Shown here one piece after another: positions 1-14,122 of a stretch of DNA of 64,000 bases. The DNA comes from Phoronis australis. Its lineage: Eukaryota; Animalia; Phoronida. The stretch spans positions 52,443-116,442 of the forward strand of contig NMRA01000346.1 in assembly GCA_002633005.1 (NCBI GenBank), written 5' to 3'. A program made the translations under genes and the position numbers. A model generated the notes under the pieces. It did no database searches and was not told where the DNA came from. It worked only from the letters and a program-made list of their open reading frames with translations. How positions within the stretch are numbered: the first letter of the stretch is position 1; each line of letters begins with the position of its first letter.

Positions 1-1944
1 TAGACCCATCTAAGAATCCATATCAGTCATCCTCTGCTCAGTAGGAACACATCTCATTCTGTCAATTTTCATAACGATCATCTGAGCTGTTTGACGTACA
101 CAGAAGCAGACAATTCGAAAATAATCAAGAAAACTAAATTAAATGCTATTGTCTGCTTCTGACTCCATGGTAAACTTAATGCTGTTACATAAGGTGTTCA
201 TCCTATCAAAAAATGGCTTAGCCTGACTGTGATGACTAAATGTTAGAAATATCAATGTTATAACCATTATGACCATGCTTAACATTCAATCTTGAAGTTT
301 TGGCTGCGTGTCTATTCACAACTATCTTTCTAGATGTGCTGAGAGAGTTCTGTAACAACTGTTGACCAGACACATACGTGGGGATACCAATTTGCGATTC
401 AAATTGACATCTTGTCAGTTGCCTATTTTTGAGTTCAATCTTGAGTACATTACTCTGCAGTGAAAGCAAATCGCATCTGGACATACCTTATGCATTAGCT
501 GCAGTGTAGTTTTAGATAACAAAATGTTGGTACTAACTTGTTACGTTTATGAAGTGAATGTCCAATTCCACTTTCTGTACTTTTGGTCTGACTGGTCTCT
601 AGTCGCTGGAAAGCTAGTGAGATAGAATGGCCATACCGAAACGTCGATCATTATGTTGTTGTTTACATATGCACTTATTTTAAATTTTGTACTATATTTT
701 GGCCAAAAAAGAAATGTGAACAACCATCAATTTTCATAATCATCTTTTGAGTGGTTTGGCAGAAAGAGAGGCAGATTTCAAAAATTTTTAAATGGGCACC
801 AGGTGGCACAGAAAACATTAAATTAGTCCGTCTCCTTAATAGAAAAATATTTATCGAATTTCATGAAAATACAGAGGCAAAGATAAAAAACATTTTGCCC
901 CTAGGGGGCACAAAGGTATTTGTACCAGTTCGACACATGTTTCTGTTTGTCGACTGCTCCATAGGAATACATCTTTCAAATTTCACAAAACTCCTTCAAA
1001 TGGTTAAAGAGATTAGGCTGCAGACGTAAAAAACAAAATCTCCACTAGGGAGCGACACAGTAATCGGACCCGTCTGAAAGTCAACTTCAGTCATGACCTT
1101 CTCATCAGGAACACATCTGTAAATTCTCATAAAGATCCTTTGAGGGGTACGGCAGATAGAGAGGTGGACGTCACAAAACAGACGCCACAGTAGTCAGATT
1201 CCATCTAAAACTCCATGACCGCTGTGGTCTTCTGCTAAGTTTCATCCCTTGAGTGGTTTGGCAGACAAAGAAAATGGACTATATTCATGTCAATAGATGA
1301 CACTGTTGTCATGGGTTCCAGTGCATGCTGACAGCAATGGTATATAACACATTACAATCAGAACACTCAGATCAATAAGTTAATTAGTCCGAGACAAAAC
1401 CATTTATTTTGATTGCAACAGGTCATCTTCCTAGTCATAGTTAGTTCTCCTGAAGTCTGGCAATAACGTCAAATTTAGGTAAATGCAGGCTAAGCGTCCA
1501 TTCCTGATTTCCTAAAATTTCACATTTACGCTCCCCGCCTTGTGTAGTTAAGAACCCACCCTCTTATTTTTGGGTCTGCTAATTTAACTGGCCAGGACAT
1601 TCACCTGAATGCTATCAACTGGAGAATATCCTTTTGTGAACCAAAATTCATCCAAATGATTCCCTCGTTTCAGTGACAGAAGGATGAACACATGGCCAGC
1701 ATCTTTTCTTGGAATACTACAGTCGCTGGTGAAACACGAGCTATGATTGTGCAATACAACAGTCTGAAAATCTAACTTATACACTTAGCATCTAATTATT
1801 GCATTTTATTTTTAGTTTTGATAACTAGATGTTTCTTCGTTAGACTCAAGAAATTCATTTATCGTCAAATTTTGACAAAAAAGTAGGAAAAAGCAGGAAT
1901 TTGAGGAAAAGTGAAAATGAAAGGACGAACACTAGAAATACCTG

Positions 1945-2272
1945 CAAACAGTAGGAGAATATCGTATTGGAAGGCCTGTAGTTGAGGAGCATTTACATCA
2001 AACAGTAGGAGAATATCGTATTGGAAGGCCTGCAGTTGAGGAGCATTCACATGAAATAGTAGGAGAATATCGTATTGGAAGGCCTGCAGTTGAGGAGCAT
2101 TCACATCAAACAGTAGGAGAATATCGTATTGGAAGGCCTGAAGTTGAGGAGCATTCACATCAAACAGTAGAATATCGTATTGGAAGGCCTGCAGTTGAGG
2201 AGCATTCACATCAAACAGTAGGAGAATATCGTATTGGAAGGCCTGCAGTTGAGGAGCATTCACATCAAACAG
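1945..2272. repeat. Minisatellite, 54-bp unit, ~6 copies (GHDC intron)
   Basis: Unit caaacagtaggagaatatcgtattggaaggcctgcagttgaggagcattcacat repeats head-to-tail and explains the repetitive ORF 1865..2320. Confidence 0.95.
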
Positions 2273-2434
2273 CCATTCAACAAAAATGCAAGCACTTTCA
2301 AGAAGTCTCAATGGTATCAACTGTACCCATGAGTGAAAATTTCAAAATTTTGTAGGCAAGCACTGAGCCAAACATGGCATTGCCCAAATGAGTATCAAAG
2401 TAAGAAAAATTAAATTATCAGTAAATAACCTTAC

Positions 2435-2562
2435 CTGTACATGAATTCCAGCACAGGGCATTGGTTAAGAAACCTGGTTACTCTCACCACATCACCTAGT
2501 CGGTAGCGATACAGTCCTGACAAGGTGGTTACAACTACTTCATAGTCACACCCAACACTGAC
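2435..2562 (-). CDS. GHDC: GH3 domain-containing protein, internal exon
   Basis: Flanked by ttttcag and gtaagg. Translates VSVGCDYEVVVTTLSGLYRYRLGDVVRVTRFLNQCPVLEFMY(R), containing the GH3 GLYRYRLGD motif, in phase with the upstream exon. Further 3' exons were not identified in the window. Confidence 0.92.
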
Positions 2563-3301
2563 CTGAAAAATGGAGTGCGCAAAAATACTAAGACAAAAAC
2601 ATGACTTGTCAAATTAAACCACATCCCAGTGTAGTTTGCCTCTGACACAAGGACTATAGAGATATCCCTGAAATACAAAGAATTAACTTTGCAAACAAAT
2701 TTTTTAAATATTTACCATTCCAGTTTGAAGGCATCTTGAAGCCAAAGAAAAAATACAAAATGGCCCCCATATTGATAAAGCTTTATATTTGAACTAAAAG
2801 GTTATATTTATATTCAGTGTTCTCCACTATCTGTTTTGACTTGTTGTGACGAGTTTGGCTCATTTGAATCGAGTTTAAAAACCTGTGCAACGAGATTAGT
2901 CATTGCCTTTAGCAAATTAGGACATTTTGTATTTTTGGTACCAGTTTAGTGCATTTATTTCAAGACTTAACGTATAAACTGCTCACAGTACAGGCATTCA
3001 GGACTTTGAACACATGTTCATGAATTTAAGTCGAGTTTGAATTTTCTATATGGAGAACACTAATATTACAAGCAGCTTTTCAGCACTGCATAATGAAAAA
3101 TGTGGTTTTTATGAACAATTCAAGTAGGAATTTGAAAGCAAAATGGCCGTTACATCTGCCATCAACAATATAGGCATATATGACATCACAAAGTAGATGT
3201 TTTGCATGAATTTCACCTCATTCCATTGAGAAATGTGACCAGAATCATATGAATAAATTATGCAACTGACATTAGATACAAGCTCTTTTTCTTGGGAAAT
3301 T

Positions 3302-3556
3302 TGCACTACATCAATCTCACTCATCAATATGTAATATTACACTACATCAATCTCACTCATCAATATGTAATATTACACTACATCATTCTCACTCATCAAT
3401 ATGTAATATTGCACTACATCAATCTCACTCATCAATATGTAATATTACACTACATCAATCTCACTCATCAATATGTAATATTACACTACATCAATCTCAC
3501 TCATCAATATGTAATATTACACTACATCAATCTCACTCATCAATATGTAATATTAC
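3302..3556. repeat. Minisatellite, 36-bp unit, ~7 copies
   Basis: cactacatcaatctcactcatcaatatgtaatatta repeated; explains ORF 3292..3570. Confidence 0.95.
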
Positions 3557-4825
3557 GCCTGAGCATATAACACCTCGCAGAAATTTTTTGTCATGAAGTT
3601 TTTCAATCATTCCAGCTGCCAAAGTTTGAAGAGCGAGAACAAAAGGAACAAGTTTGTGCTTAGATTTATGTTGTTTGCATCTTCAACTACTTTGATGACA
3701 TTGGAATACCAGGTCGGTAATAGTTTGATATAATGTGCCCAAATTTTGAGAACCAGTTTTCTCCACTGAAGAATGGGCATCAAACTGGTTCTCAAAATAT
3801 GGGCACGTTATATAAGACTTTTGCCCGGCAGGTCAGTCCCGGAAGTCTGCCAGTATTTTTCAACGTACTTTCTACAATTTGAAAGTGCTTCCACACATAC
3901 GTATCAGTTACAGAGCACCAATTTAACTTTTGCATAGCCAACTAGCCTGATATTAAAGGGAAATCTTTTGAACTTGAAGTCTGTGTACTTCAATTTGAAA
4001 CATCATAAGTGACTAAGGCAACTCTCTGGCTCAACATGTAAGCAACTTGAGGGAGCTTTATCACCATTCATTCGAATATTAAATGACAGTTACCGACAAG
4101 ATGGGTGACTTCTCAAAACAGGTCGCAGAGAACGCTGAACATGAACATCCGGTGTACAGCGTAAGAAAATAAAACGCTGAATGCCCACTCCATGCTCGTT
4201 CTAGCATTACGAGTGAGGTCATCTTCCTATTTGCATTTTACTTTTTCTACATGTTTTGTCCTGGCATGTGTCTGCACAACAGCATGCATGCGTGAGAGCT
4301 TAGAAATTATGAAGAACTTGGCAAACATTCTTGGGGGAAATTCATTTCCCTTTAGGAGGTAAAACTTTTACAGGTAGGTCAGAGTTAACTGGACATGATC
4401 AAAACAAAATTGCACATGTCAAGTACCATTCTTGCATCACAATGTTTTTTCTTTTAGGAGTGTATGAGTATACATGGGTTTCCATTGCACAGTATTCAAA
4501 ATGCGACCAACACGTAATTTGATGAGAATATGGATTAAAAGACATCACACAATAACTGTTTGGTTATTTAACATATTTTTTATAAAATCAAGGACTATGC
4601 CAAATATTTTTCCAGGTGTCATTATATAATATCACTTTAATCTGTATTTCGCATAAACAACGCTCGTAAAAGCTAAAAATATTGTTGATGTAGCCAACTG
4701 TTTTTGATGCAAAATTGCACAGGCAATAATATTGCACATAGCTACCACATTATTATACTGAACTTTGTTTGCAGCAAGACAAATGCATTAGTCTGATGTC
4801 AATTTTACATTTAAGACAAGCTAAC

Positions 4826-6036
4826 CTGGTGCAGAAGAAACGTTGTGGGCTGGTCCTCGAGACTGTTTTCAACTGGTATGAATTCATAAAACATGTTTGA
4901 GGGGACCGGTAGATATTCAGTCTTTTCACTGAGGGGCCAAATATTTAGACCAATCAAACCTTCAGTTGCAGCATAAAGTGGGGAGTACACTGGAATGTCT
5001 CGACAATAGGTGTCTCTGAGTCTGTCACTGTATAATTGGAATGTGCCAGTGTTGGCACATAGCAGCAGCGAGCATGTTGGCCATATTCGTTTGACAATGT
5101 TATCAAACCCTTTCTCAAATTCTACTTGCAATTCCATGGCTCTTGTACAATCTGGCTTTAGTAACTCATCAAGTCTCTCTCTAATATCCTTTGAAATGTT
5201 TAGATTTGAATTGACTTTGCCATGCTTGATATCTGCCACCAAATTTCTCCATTCTTGTTCAAGAAAATGAAGCCCAGTGTGTATGAGTGAAGCAAAATTA
5301 GCTTCAATCATTCCTAACTTCCGCTCCTTCAACCCAAAAAGGAGATGTACATATAAAGCCTCACGTTCATCTAAAATCTCAAAACCAGGCAAGGGTGTTG
5401 TATACAGATTAAGAATCTGCTTTGAATTTGTGGGTGATGATGAGTTAGGGCCAATGGGAAGACCCGCTTCACTTTCACGCCACCTAGGGGTGTAAAAAAA
5501 CTTGAGATTTTTTCGTAAGTTCTGCAAATTAGGATATGCCTTCAACATGTGGTAATAAAGTACTGAGATCCCTTGGAGAAAGAATAGTCCGGATTGTTTC
5601 TTGGTAAATGGAAGAACGCTACATTGACCTGAAGTTCCAGAGGTCACAGCCAGCATCATGGGATCCTGTTTCGTCAAAACATTTCTCTCCCCTTTTGCAA
5701 TCCTCTCCACATACAGCTCATAATGAGGATATCGCGTCAGTGGATGACCACAAATGAAATCGTCAGCTGTTTTCATTTTCTCAAATGAGTACAATCTCCC
5801 ATATGCAGTATCTTTATTGACTTTCAGACGGGACATAAGAATTTTTTCTTGAGTTTCTTGACAAAGGTATGTTGTGTTTTCAAATCGTCTACTCATAAAT
5901 CGTCCAATAATCTTCAAGCTGTTAATAGCAATGTAGTGCTGCAGCAGTCCCTTCATTGTGTGACTCGTTGAAATGTCTTTTGATGACAAGTCGTAAAACA
6001 CCAGTAAGATAATAGCCAAGACCACAACAAGCACGC
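4826..6036 (-). CDS. GHDC: GH3 domain-containing protein, large exon (~403 codons); start exon not located
   Basis: ORF 4811..6034 has GH3/ANL motifs TSGTSG (P-loop) and YAATEG, plus FYEFIP and a hydrophobic N-terminus. Acceptor cattacag precedes 6036; donor CAG/gttagc follows 4826. Confidence 0.92.
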
Positions 6037-6669
6037 CTGTAATGAATGAATGAAATGCATAAACACCATGGCATAGCCATCAGCGAGTTCACCAATAACA
6101 GATTCTCAAAGAATGTGATTCCCAATTAATACATGCATCCAGTCTAGGGTTTCCTGAAAGCATGAATGTAAACAAAAATTTTCCACATTGTCATGTCGAA
6201 GTACAATAGAGTTCACGAATTTTGTCGCAAGGGCAATGCCATGACATTTACAGGTCAAAGGGCAATGTCATGGCATTTACAGGTCGAAGGGCAATGTCAT
6301 GACATTTACAGGTCGAAGGCCTTTGAAAAAGATGATGTTACTTTCAAGAATGACAATAAAAGGGTGATTTTTCATGGAAGCTCACTGGCCTTGGCTATGA
6401 AGAATTGGTCTCAAGTTTACTCCTTACTATTGGATGGCTATTCCTACAGTACCCACATCAAACATATAGTCTAGTGACAGCCAGTAGTGTCAGTGTTACT
6501 GTTGAAGCCCAAACTGATGCATGAGCCTAACTGATCTGGTGCATTTCAATTTGGCTCGAGTTAGAGAGCCAAATTAATGCTTGTGCCAAAGTGAAGTAGT
6601 TACCATGTGTTTCCGAATTACTGCCAGAAATCTTAGAATGTTAATGGCAAGCAGGCACAAATTTGACGG

Positions 6670-6855
6670 CGGTGAGTGCAGAGTAGTACTTTAACACTAA
6701 GTGATTATTTAACTGTGGTGAGTGCAGAGTAGTACTTTAACACTAAGTGATTATTTAACTGTGGTGAGTGCAGAGTAGTACTTTAACACTAAGTGATTAT
6801 TTAACTGTGGTGAGTGCAGAGTAGTACTTTAACACTAAGTGATTATTTGACTGCG
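6670..6855. repeat. Minisatellite, 46-bp unit, 4 copies
   Basis: ggtgagtgcagagtagtactttaacactaagtgattatttaactgt repeated. Confidence 0.95.
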
Positions 6856-9800
6856 GTATGATTATTTAAGTGATTATTTCCGCAACAGTATCAATAACCC
6901 ATAACATTTGTTACATTTGACACAGCACTGCATATTCAGTGAATGAGCAGATCAAACGGCTATAAACCAATTTATTGCTAATTTGGTGGAAAAACAAAAT
7001 CGAACAAACTTTTTTGGCAATTTCTGTCATGCGATCAACAAAATTGGTTGACAGAAGGCAGTCGGTAACTATATTATAACAATGTGCAACATAACAAATG
7101 AGAGACACATGTCAATTAGAAAGCATAAATGCTAATCGGATAAATGCTTTTTGGTCCCTTCTTTTATATGATTAATGTCATCAATATAGTTCAAACACCA
7201 TTTGGCATTCGTAGATGTAGCAAATTATTGTTTTAAAAAGACATGCAGGTATTGCACGAGGAGTAAACGCCGCACGTTGTGATAGGCGCGGGGCGACTCA
7301 CAAACAAAACAACTTTTAGGCGTCATATTAAAGTAAAATTTATAAACAATGACCCTTCAATTTCAAAAATTACTACTCGTAAACACTGAACGTTCTGTAA
7401 CGTAGAGGTTAACATGGCACGGAAATTGACCCACAATAGACATTTCTGTCGATGAATTGTGTACATGAAATGGCATGCTCATGCTTTATAATATCAAATG
7501 TTATGTTATTTCTGATGTTTAAAATCATATGGTATCTTGTCCTGCACTAACAGTCGTCAAAGCAGACCTGACAACCATCGAAACCCAAGGACTATATATA
7601 TTGGCAGTAATTTGGGAACACACATGCGTAGAGTTGGATTAGGAAGTGACCATCACCTACACTCTACAGAACACACATGCGTAGAGTTGGATTAGAAAGT
7701 GCCCATCACCTACACTCTAAAGAGTGTCCATTGCCAAGCCATTTTTGTTCAAAGTTAATTTGCACATAATTTACTAAACATTGAATATGTTATCTTATCC
7801 CACAGTTATGGAGAGCTGTTCTCAGTTTATCTTTGCCTCAGTTCTGAAAGTTGTGGAGAAGCTGGTTGATACCAAATGAATTTTGGTAGTTTCTGCTGGT
7901 GATCTAACGCAATGTCGCTAATTTTTGGAAGTTTTTATTCCAGTATTAGAGTCAAACTTGCGAATACAAAATATGTACATACCTGTTTATAAGTGGATGA
8001 ACACTTAAGCAATGCAATAGAATTAATTTACTTGTTAATACCAACATTTCTGAATGACCAAAGAACATTTATGTTTTATTAATAACGAGTTTAAACTGAA
8101 AAAGTAACTTAAGCTAAACTTGCCTCAAATCTCACTCAAAAATAAAAAAAATTGTAATTCTTCTTGTGTTGGAGAGTTTATTTTTCGCTATTTCCTCAGT
8201 AAATGCAACTAGATACAAATTTTTTCAAACTATGTACTAACAATTCAAAGTTGGGGGCTACGGAGAATACGAAAAACATTTTAGCTTATGATCAATTCAA
8301 ATGTTAATCCAGGGTTTGGTCTAATATTTTTTGTGGGTCAGTGATAGCTTCAAGATTCCCAATGTACAGCATCAAATATCTTTTATTAATGGAAGAATTT
8401 AATGGAATTCGGACAGGGCTACGGAGAATACACAGTTTTTCTTCGGTGACGAAGATATTATTTGGTTGAGGAATCAAATCACCAGGACATCTGTTACAAA
8501 TAGGAGGTTTCTAAATCAAATTCCATATACCATCAACCATTAAAACACGGTTCAAAACACTAGTAATGCTTTTCTTTTTCAGCCATGGCTTTAAGAGAAG
8601 GAGCACACGCAAATTTACGTGTTTTACATAACATTGACATCATTTAGCAAGTGTGCCTGAAAATAGAGTTTGACTTTTCAGATCCCTGCAATCACCTGAA
8701 GAAAAACAAGAAATACATGTTAAGCTCCTGAAAAAACATTGAATTTCAATTAAATGTGTGATTTAATTAAATGCCACGTGTATTAAAAACATGTAATATT
8801 TCAGTGAAACAAAATAACGATGGATTTCCAGCTATATCAAGCATTACTCTGGCCACAATTAACATTTTTAAAATGCGTAAATGTCATAAGTACCAGTGCT
8901 GAAACAAGATCATCATACAAATATCTGCCAGAGGTGAAGAAATTCTGTCAACATGATTGCATAACATAAAAAAATCTAGATTTGCATCCTGAGAGAAAAA
9001 ATGCCAAAGGTATTTCGCACTTTCCAATGGAGAAGGATTTACAGAATGTGTTCATTTTGTATCTATGCAGATTGCTTGTTATTTGACAGGATTTACTTGC
9101 ATGACATTGACAGCTAGCTAACCAGTTGATGAGAGTAATTCGCTGTCTAAGTTGTCTTAGATTTTCAGTAACAGGGAGTGGGTTCTGTCAGTGAGAGGGG
9201 TTTTTCATTTGCAAAGTTGACCATATTGAAGAAAAAGGGTGCCTGGATGGATCCTTGAGGTAATCCCTTGAATACTTGGCCACATTCACTGGAGTACTCG
9301 TTGGCCTATACTCACAGTTCCAAATTCATTCGTCGGATCCGAAAATGACATTTACAAAAGCTACTCGAGTTTAGTGTATGGTTCATGGTTGGTGATTTAT
9401 GAGCTGTTAAGTGTTTTAAGAGTTAAAACTGTTAAGATGCAAGCTTCGTCTGGAAATTCTGTTACCGGCACTATGCAGAATGGTTTCAATGAGCCGGAGC
9501 TGAAATTGAAGCGAGTCGACAAACACAAAAGCACCTTTTTCTCAATTTTACGAAATAAGCAAATCGCCATAATAAAGATCGAAAATTTTACCAAGGCAAT
9601 TTCTTTAAAACTGACTAAATACTAGGCCTACCAGTTGCTCATAAGCCCAACGGTTTGATTAGTGAATTAGTGGTCAACGACGGTCTACGTTACTAAGTCA
9701 AAACTATCGAACTGCAAGGAAGTTTGTCAATGTTGTTACAGGCTGCACCTGCACAAGAATGTCATATCTCACCAAGAGGAATTCCATGCCACAACCAAGT

Positions 9801-10059
9801 GTATAGTGCCGCAATTAATGGACAAATCGAGTAAAACAAAACGGCAATCAGCAGACTGAAGAAAGACCACAAAACCACTGCCTTCTTGATCATACTTACT
9901 TTAGTTCTGTCATTACACGCTAGATAGCGTACGATGTCGCCTCGCTGTTACCCTGCGTGTCCGCTAGGGGGTTGAACACGCAATGAGATTGACATCTTCA
10001 TTGAGAACACGCAGGTATCATTTAATTTTCCTAGTGAATTTTGCTTACACCGGCGTTTC

Positions 10060-10370
10060 TGTTTGGCGTTGCCATGAACAATTTTATGAATAAGGTGGAG
10101 CTTGAGTTGGTAAACACGATTTTTAATATTTAGCCACCCAAGAGACTGAAAATGATAAGAGAGTACGAGGGCGCATGTAAACTGCCGGAGTACATTGTAC
10201 ATATCTAATTAATTTGTTTTGAAACACCTTATTGCGAAGACAAATATTTAAACTGAAAAACCAGCTTGAACAAGCATAATCAAACAAAGGAATTATTAGT
10301 GAATTACACAGGGTTTTACCAGACATAAGGTCTAAGCAATCTCTATGGCTGTACATAGTCTGCAATTATA
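10060..10370 (-). mobile_element. Degenerate LINE (CR1/L2-type) reverse transcriptase C-terminal remnant
   Basis: Frameshifted peptides KTLCNSLIIPLFDYACSSWF...QNKLIRY and QSLGWLNIKNRVYQLKLHLIHKIVHG resemble the post-RT region of CR1/L2-group ORF2. Confidence 0.7.
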
Positions 10371-13308
10371 CGAGATCGACTTGGCCGCCTCCTCAAAAAA
10401 GAGCATGGTGACCATTTAAAGAAATCTACTCAACAATTTTCAGAGACAAAAATCTCAATATCGCATTTTTCTGATAACCGAATCATTAAAATGCCATACC
10501 TCAATTATTTTGTCTTAAATTACAAGGAATTTCCGAAAATAGGCCCACGCAGAAGTACCCCCATGTGTGTACTTTTGGAAGCATTTCCAAAAATAAGGTT
10601 ATGGGCGTATTTTTGGTAAATGTTTGCATGTTTTGAAAATCTTATGGATTGCTCTAAAATACATGTGTAATGTGTTTTGATGTGAAAGTTCGTTTATATT
10701 GCAGTGGCCGATGTACATTGAGTACTAAGGGGGTTTAGGATTCGCGCCTTGCGCCAATTCGAGCAGTGGCAGTTCGGGAGATGGATTTCCCCATCCCGTG
10801 TAAGACAATTTTTTTGTTTTTGTAGCCAAATAGTGCAATTTCCATGTACCCTGGCGAGTTTGTGGCAGTTTACGTCTAGAGATGATTTAAAACCCTTCTC
10901 GTCACATGAACTCCAGCTCGGCTCATAAGTTCCATAAAACCATAATATTAATATTGAACACATCTGGGTATGAGTCACACCACCAGCCAAATATTAGTTG
11001 GAACATCCGTCTACACATACCGATTTTTGGCATGCGAAAAGTCGTATACGAAAAAGTGCAGTGTGCATAAAGGGGTTTAGACAACTAACTATCAAATATT
11101 AAAGAACATAAGACGCACAGACGGCCACATAAAAACCCAACGCTTGAATATCAGATGACAGAAGCCTCAAGTTTTTCAGGAACGAAAACCTGCACTTTTC
11201 CGTCCAGAAATGAACGTATGTTCGGTCTCGTTACAAGAGAAACTGACGAGCGATGGTGATCTCGGCTCATAGTCTATTATCAAAAGCGACAATAAATACT
11301 TAAACATCATTTTTCAATCCAGTAATCATGCATTTGCGAAGGGTACGATGATCATTTGAACTTACTTTAAAACCCAGCATATAAGCCAATGGGCGATGCA
11401 AAGTACCTTCCTGCTATTATAAGACTACCCTTATTTTTGCCGAGTTCAATCGTGTAAGATCTTTTCTTACCGCCGCACTAAATATCTGTAAACTATTATT
11501 TTCAGTTGTTTTCAACCGGAAATTTTGATATTTGAGCCGTTGGCGGTTTGAAACATCCTGAAATTCGATCGAGCCCGGGCGGCGTGACAGTTAAGATTTT
11601 TAAACCTTAAAAAAGGGAAATTAGAGAAGCGCAGGGAAATGATGGGTGGTCGACGAAAATTACGCACCAGATAGGAAATCTAATTCGTCGGCGGGACGAT
11701 TTTGTTTAGCTGAGCATCTGGGTCATACCAGAAAATTTGACCTACAACTTTTGAGCGCCATTCTCATGGCGCCCCTGACCACACCAACTAGAGCGAATGT
11801 GTCAGATGTCTACTTCCCAGCTTTGGGATACCCATGGATCACTGTGGTATCAAAGAATATTGGTTACCTTTTTATACCCAAAATACCACCGGGATCATCT
11901 TCTGCACCAGTCTGACCATCACTAAGGGTCTTTAAAGAGCAAAGTGGGTTCCAGCTGAGATTACCCTATAGTTTGGTAACTCGCAGAAACAATCATAGCA
12001 TCTTCAGAAAAACTTGTCGGACAATGTTCAATGTCAACAAGAAAGCAATGAGCCTTTTGTTGATGAAACACGGCATTTAGTGATCCCCAGTGCATGGTGG
12101 AAACAGAATTCATTCAATCAACCAATGATGCCGAGACGGCATAAGCGGATTTAGGGGGTCGGGGGCCGGCAAATTTCGAAGCATAGTGAAGTCCATGTTG
12201 ATAGCTTTTTTCTACGTGCAGAGCATTCGTTGTTCACAAGAATTCGTTCATCAGGAACAAACTGTTGTGGGGAGTTTTAATGTGAAGTTTTGAATCAACA
12301 TGGGCGAGCCTCGCCGCAAACGACTAGAATATCGCACCGTGACCACGAGTTGTTGGATTCTACTAACACAATGACCACTTCACACCCGACCTACTCAATA
12401 GACCTATGTGCCCCTCCCCCCACATGTACTNCACACACACACACATGTACTAACACAATGACCACTTCACACCCGGCCTACTCAATAGACCTTGCCCCCA
12501 GTTATTTTGAAGGGGTGTCTTTTCAAATCTACACAGGAGCAAAGACAATGACTGAAGTTCCTAGTGGAGGTCACGTTCGAAGACTACAGATGAAATGCAT
12601 ATACCGTTGGAAAAACGCAGCGAGGTAACATTTTGTGTAGGCCTACGTGCCGACGGGAGCTATTTCGTGGGAGAGTGAAAGATGACCAGTCCGCCAAAAT
12701 ATAGTTCATGAAATTACCGGAACGTTTGGGTATCAGCCAGACTAAGGAACGCAGCTAATTATTTAATGTGGACATCACAATCTTTATGCTAATAAATGGC
12801 TAAAAACACATTTCAGTACAACGAAGTTAGTTCAAATGCACTTCCCGTGGATTGTATTCTTGACCCGGGACTACTGAATGCAGTAGTTACACCTTGTTTT
12901 GGAAAGTGAGTGAGGGGGCCATGGCGAACAAACAACTCAGTTTTGGAGAACGAAAACTTATTTCGTTATGCTAGCTACTGGAAACTAGAAAAATACAAAG
13001 TGCAATGACAAATAATCTTTCCACGTTCCTGAGCAATACGTTTAATTTGATTGAATTATTTAATTGATTTTTGATACCGTTTGTGAATTTAAACCAGTAA
13101 CCTTGTTCCTAAGTCGATAAACAACTTCGTTTATTGTCATTTGAATTGGGAGTACAATTTCAGACTGCAATTAAGTTCAATTCAATTCTCACTAGATTAG
13201 CTTTCCAACTCTCGAAATGATCTAATATGCGGAATCAGCAGATTCTCGTAAATACAGAAACCAACGGTTTCGCTGTTTAACAAAACAGAATATTGCAAGC
13301 AATTGCAT

Positions 13309-13364
13309 GCTCGCGCCGAGGCCCGCTCGCGCCGAGGCCCGCTCGCGCCGAGGCCCGCTCGCGC
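13309..13364. repeat. GC-rich 16-bp tandem repeat (3.5 copies) abutting the left TIR
   Basis: gctcgcgccgaggccc x3 plus a partial fourth copy. Confidence 0.9.
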
Positions 13365-13432
13365 GCAAACGCGACCCAGTCGCAAAATTACCTTTTTTAC
13401 TCTCGCGACATCTAGCGACCAGATAGCATTTT
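13365..13432 (+). repeat. Left terminal inverted repeat (~68 bp)
   Basis: gcaaacgcgacccagtcgcaaaattaccttttttactctcgcgacatctagcgaccagatagcatttt is the reverse complement of 28871-28939 except for 2 mismatches and a 1-nt indel. It contains repeated GCGAC/GTCGC motifs. Confidence 0.92.
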
Positions 13433-14007
13433 ACCGGATGTAGCTCTTTGACCTCCTTCTGATTCCGGCATTTGCTGATACAGAAACACACTGCGATCGA
13501 AAGAGAATTTACAGGCGACATTTAACTGCATTGCATCTTCTGTTACAAATTTAGTGATTGCTCCTAATTTCTAAAGTGTTCAAGATTACATTTGTATAGC
13601 CATAATTACTAAGTAGTGCATAATTTGTCATTTATCGTTAGTTTGCAGCTCCGTGTTTAAAGGTCTAGAGTAGAAAATTGTTTTGTTACCTTGGTAACCG
13701 TTCGTTAGGTGTTAGTTTTCATAATATATAAGTGTTCTAGTTACTCATAAATTCAGTTTTAGACTTCCAGACGTTTGACCTGAGACAATTCATCGAATGA
13801 CAATGAGGGTGAGTCCATAACATTATTGCATCTGTACTTTATGGCTAAACTCAACTGCGGTGGTTTCAACTTTTCTGAGAGAGAAAACTGTGAGCGCCAG
13901 AACTGTTTCGATGTCATGCCATGTCTTTTGCATCATGTTGGCAATTGTATAGCTATAGCCAAGTTTACCCTGTTGTAGATGTGCTTCCGGTGAATTATAT
14001 GAGCCTC

Positions 14008-14122
14008 TGTTAGCTACTCGCTAACGGGCAATTGCCTATTAGCTGAATGGTTAGCACGCTTGCCGGTTTTATGGGGGTCGCGGGTTCAATCCCCGGGTCG
14101 GGTAATCTCGGCTATTACTACA
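14008..14122 (+). other. tRNA-derived cassette (SINE head or tRNA-like solo LTR), not a functional tRNA
   Basis: Pol III A box TAGCTGAATGG (14040-14050) and B box GGTTCAATCCC (~14083-14093) at tRNA spacing. Anticodon arm and acceptor stem are degenerate. The segment begins TGT and ends ACA. Confidence 0.6.

Noticed and set aside
1865-3570. Repetitive ORFs 1865..2320 and 3292..3570 as proteins
   Set aside because: They are by-products of minisatellites whose unit length is divisible by three, inside GHDC introns.
12358-12493. Direct duplication of ~45 bp
   Set aside because: It straddles the N at 12431 and a (CA)n run, so it is most likely a contig-overlap artefact.
14033-14105. Functional tRNA gene
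   Set aside because: The anticodon stem and acceptor stem do not pair properly; kept only as a tRNA-derived cassette.
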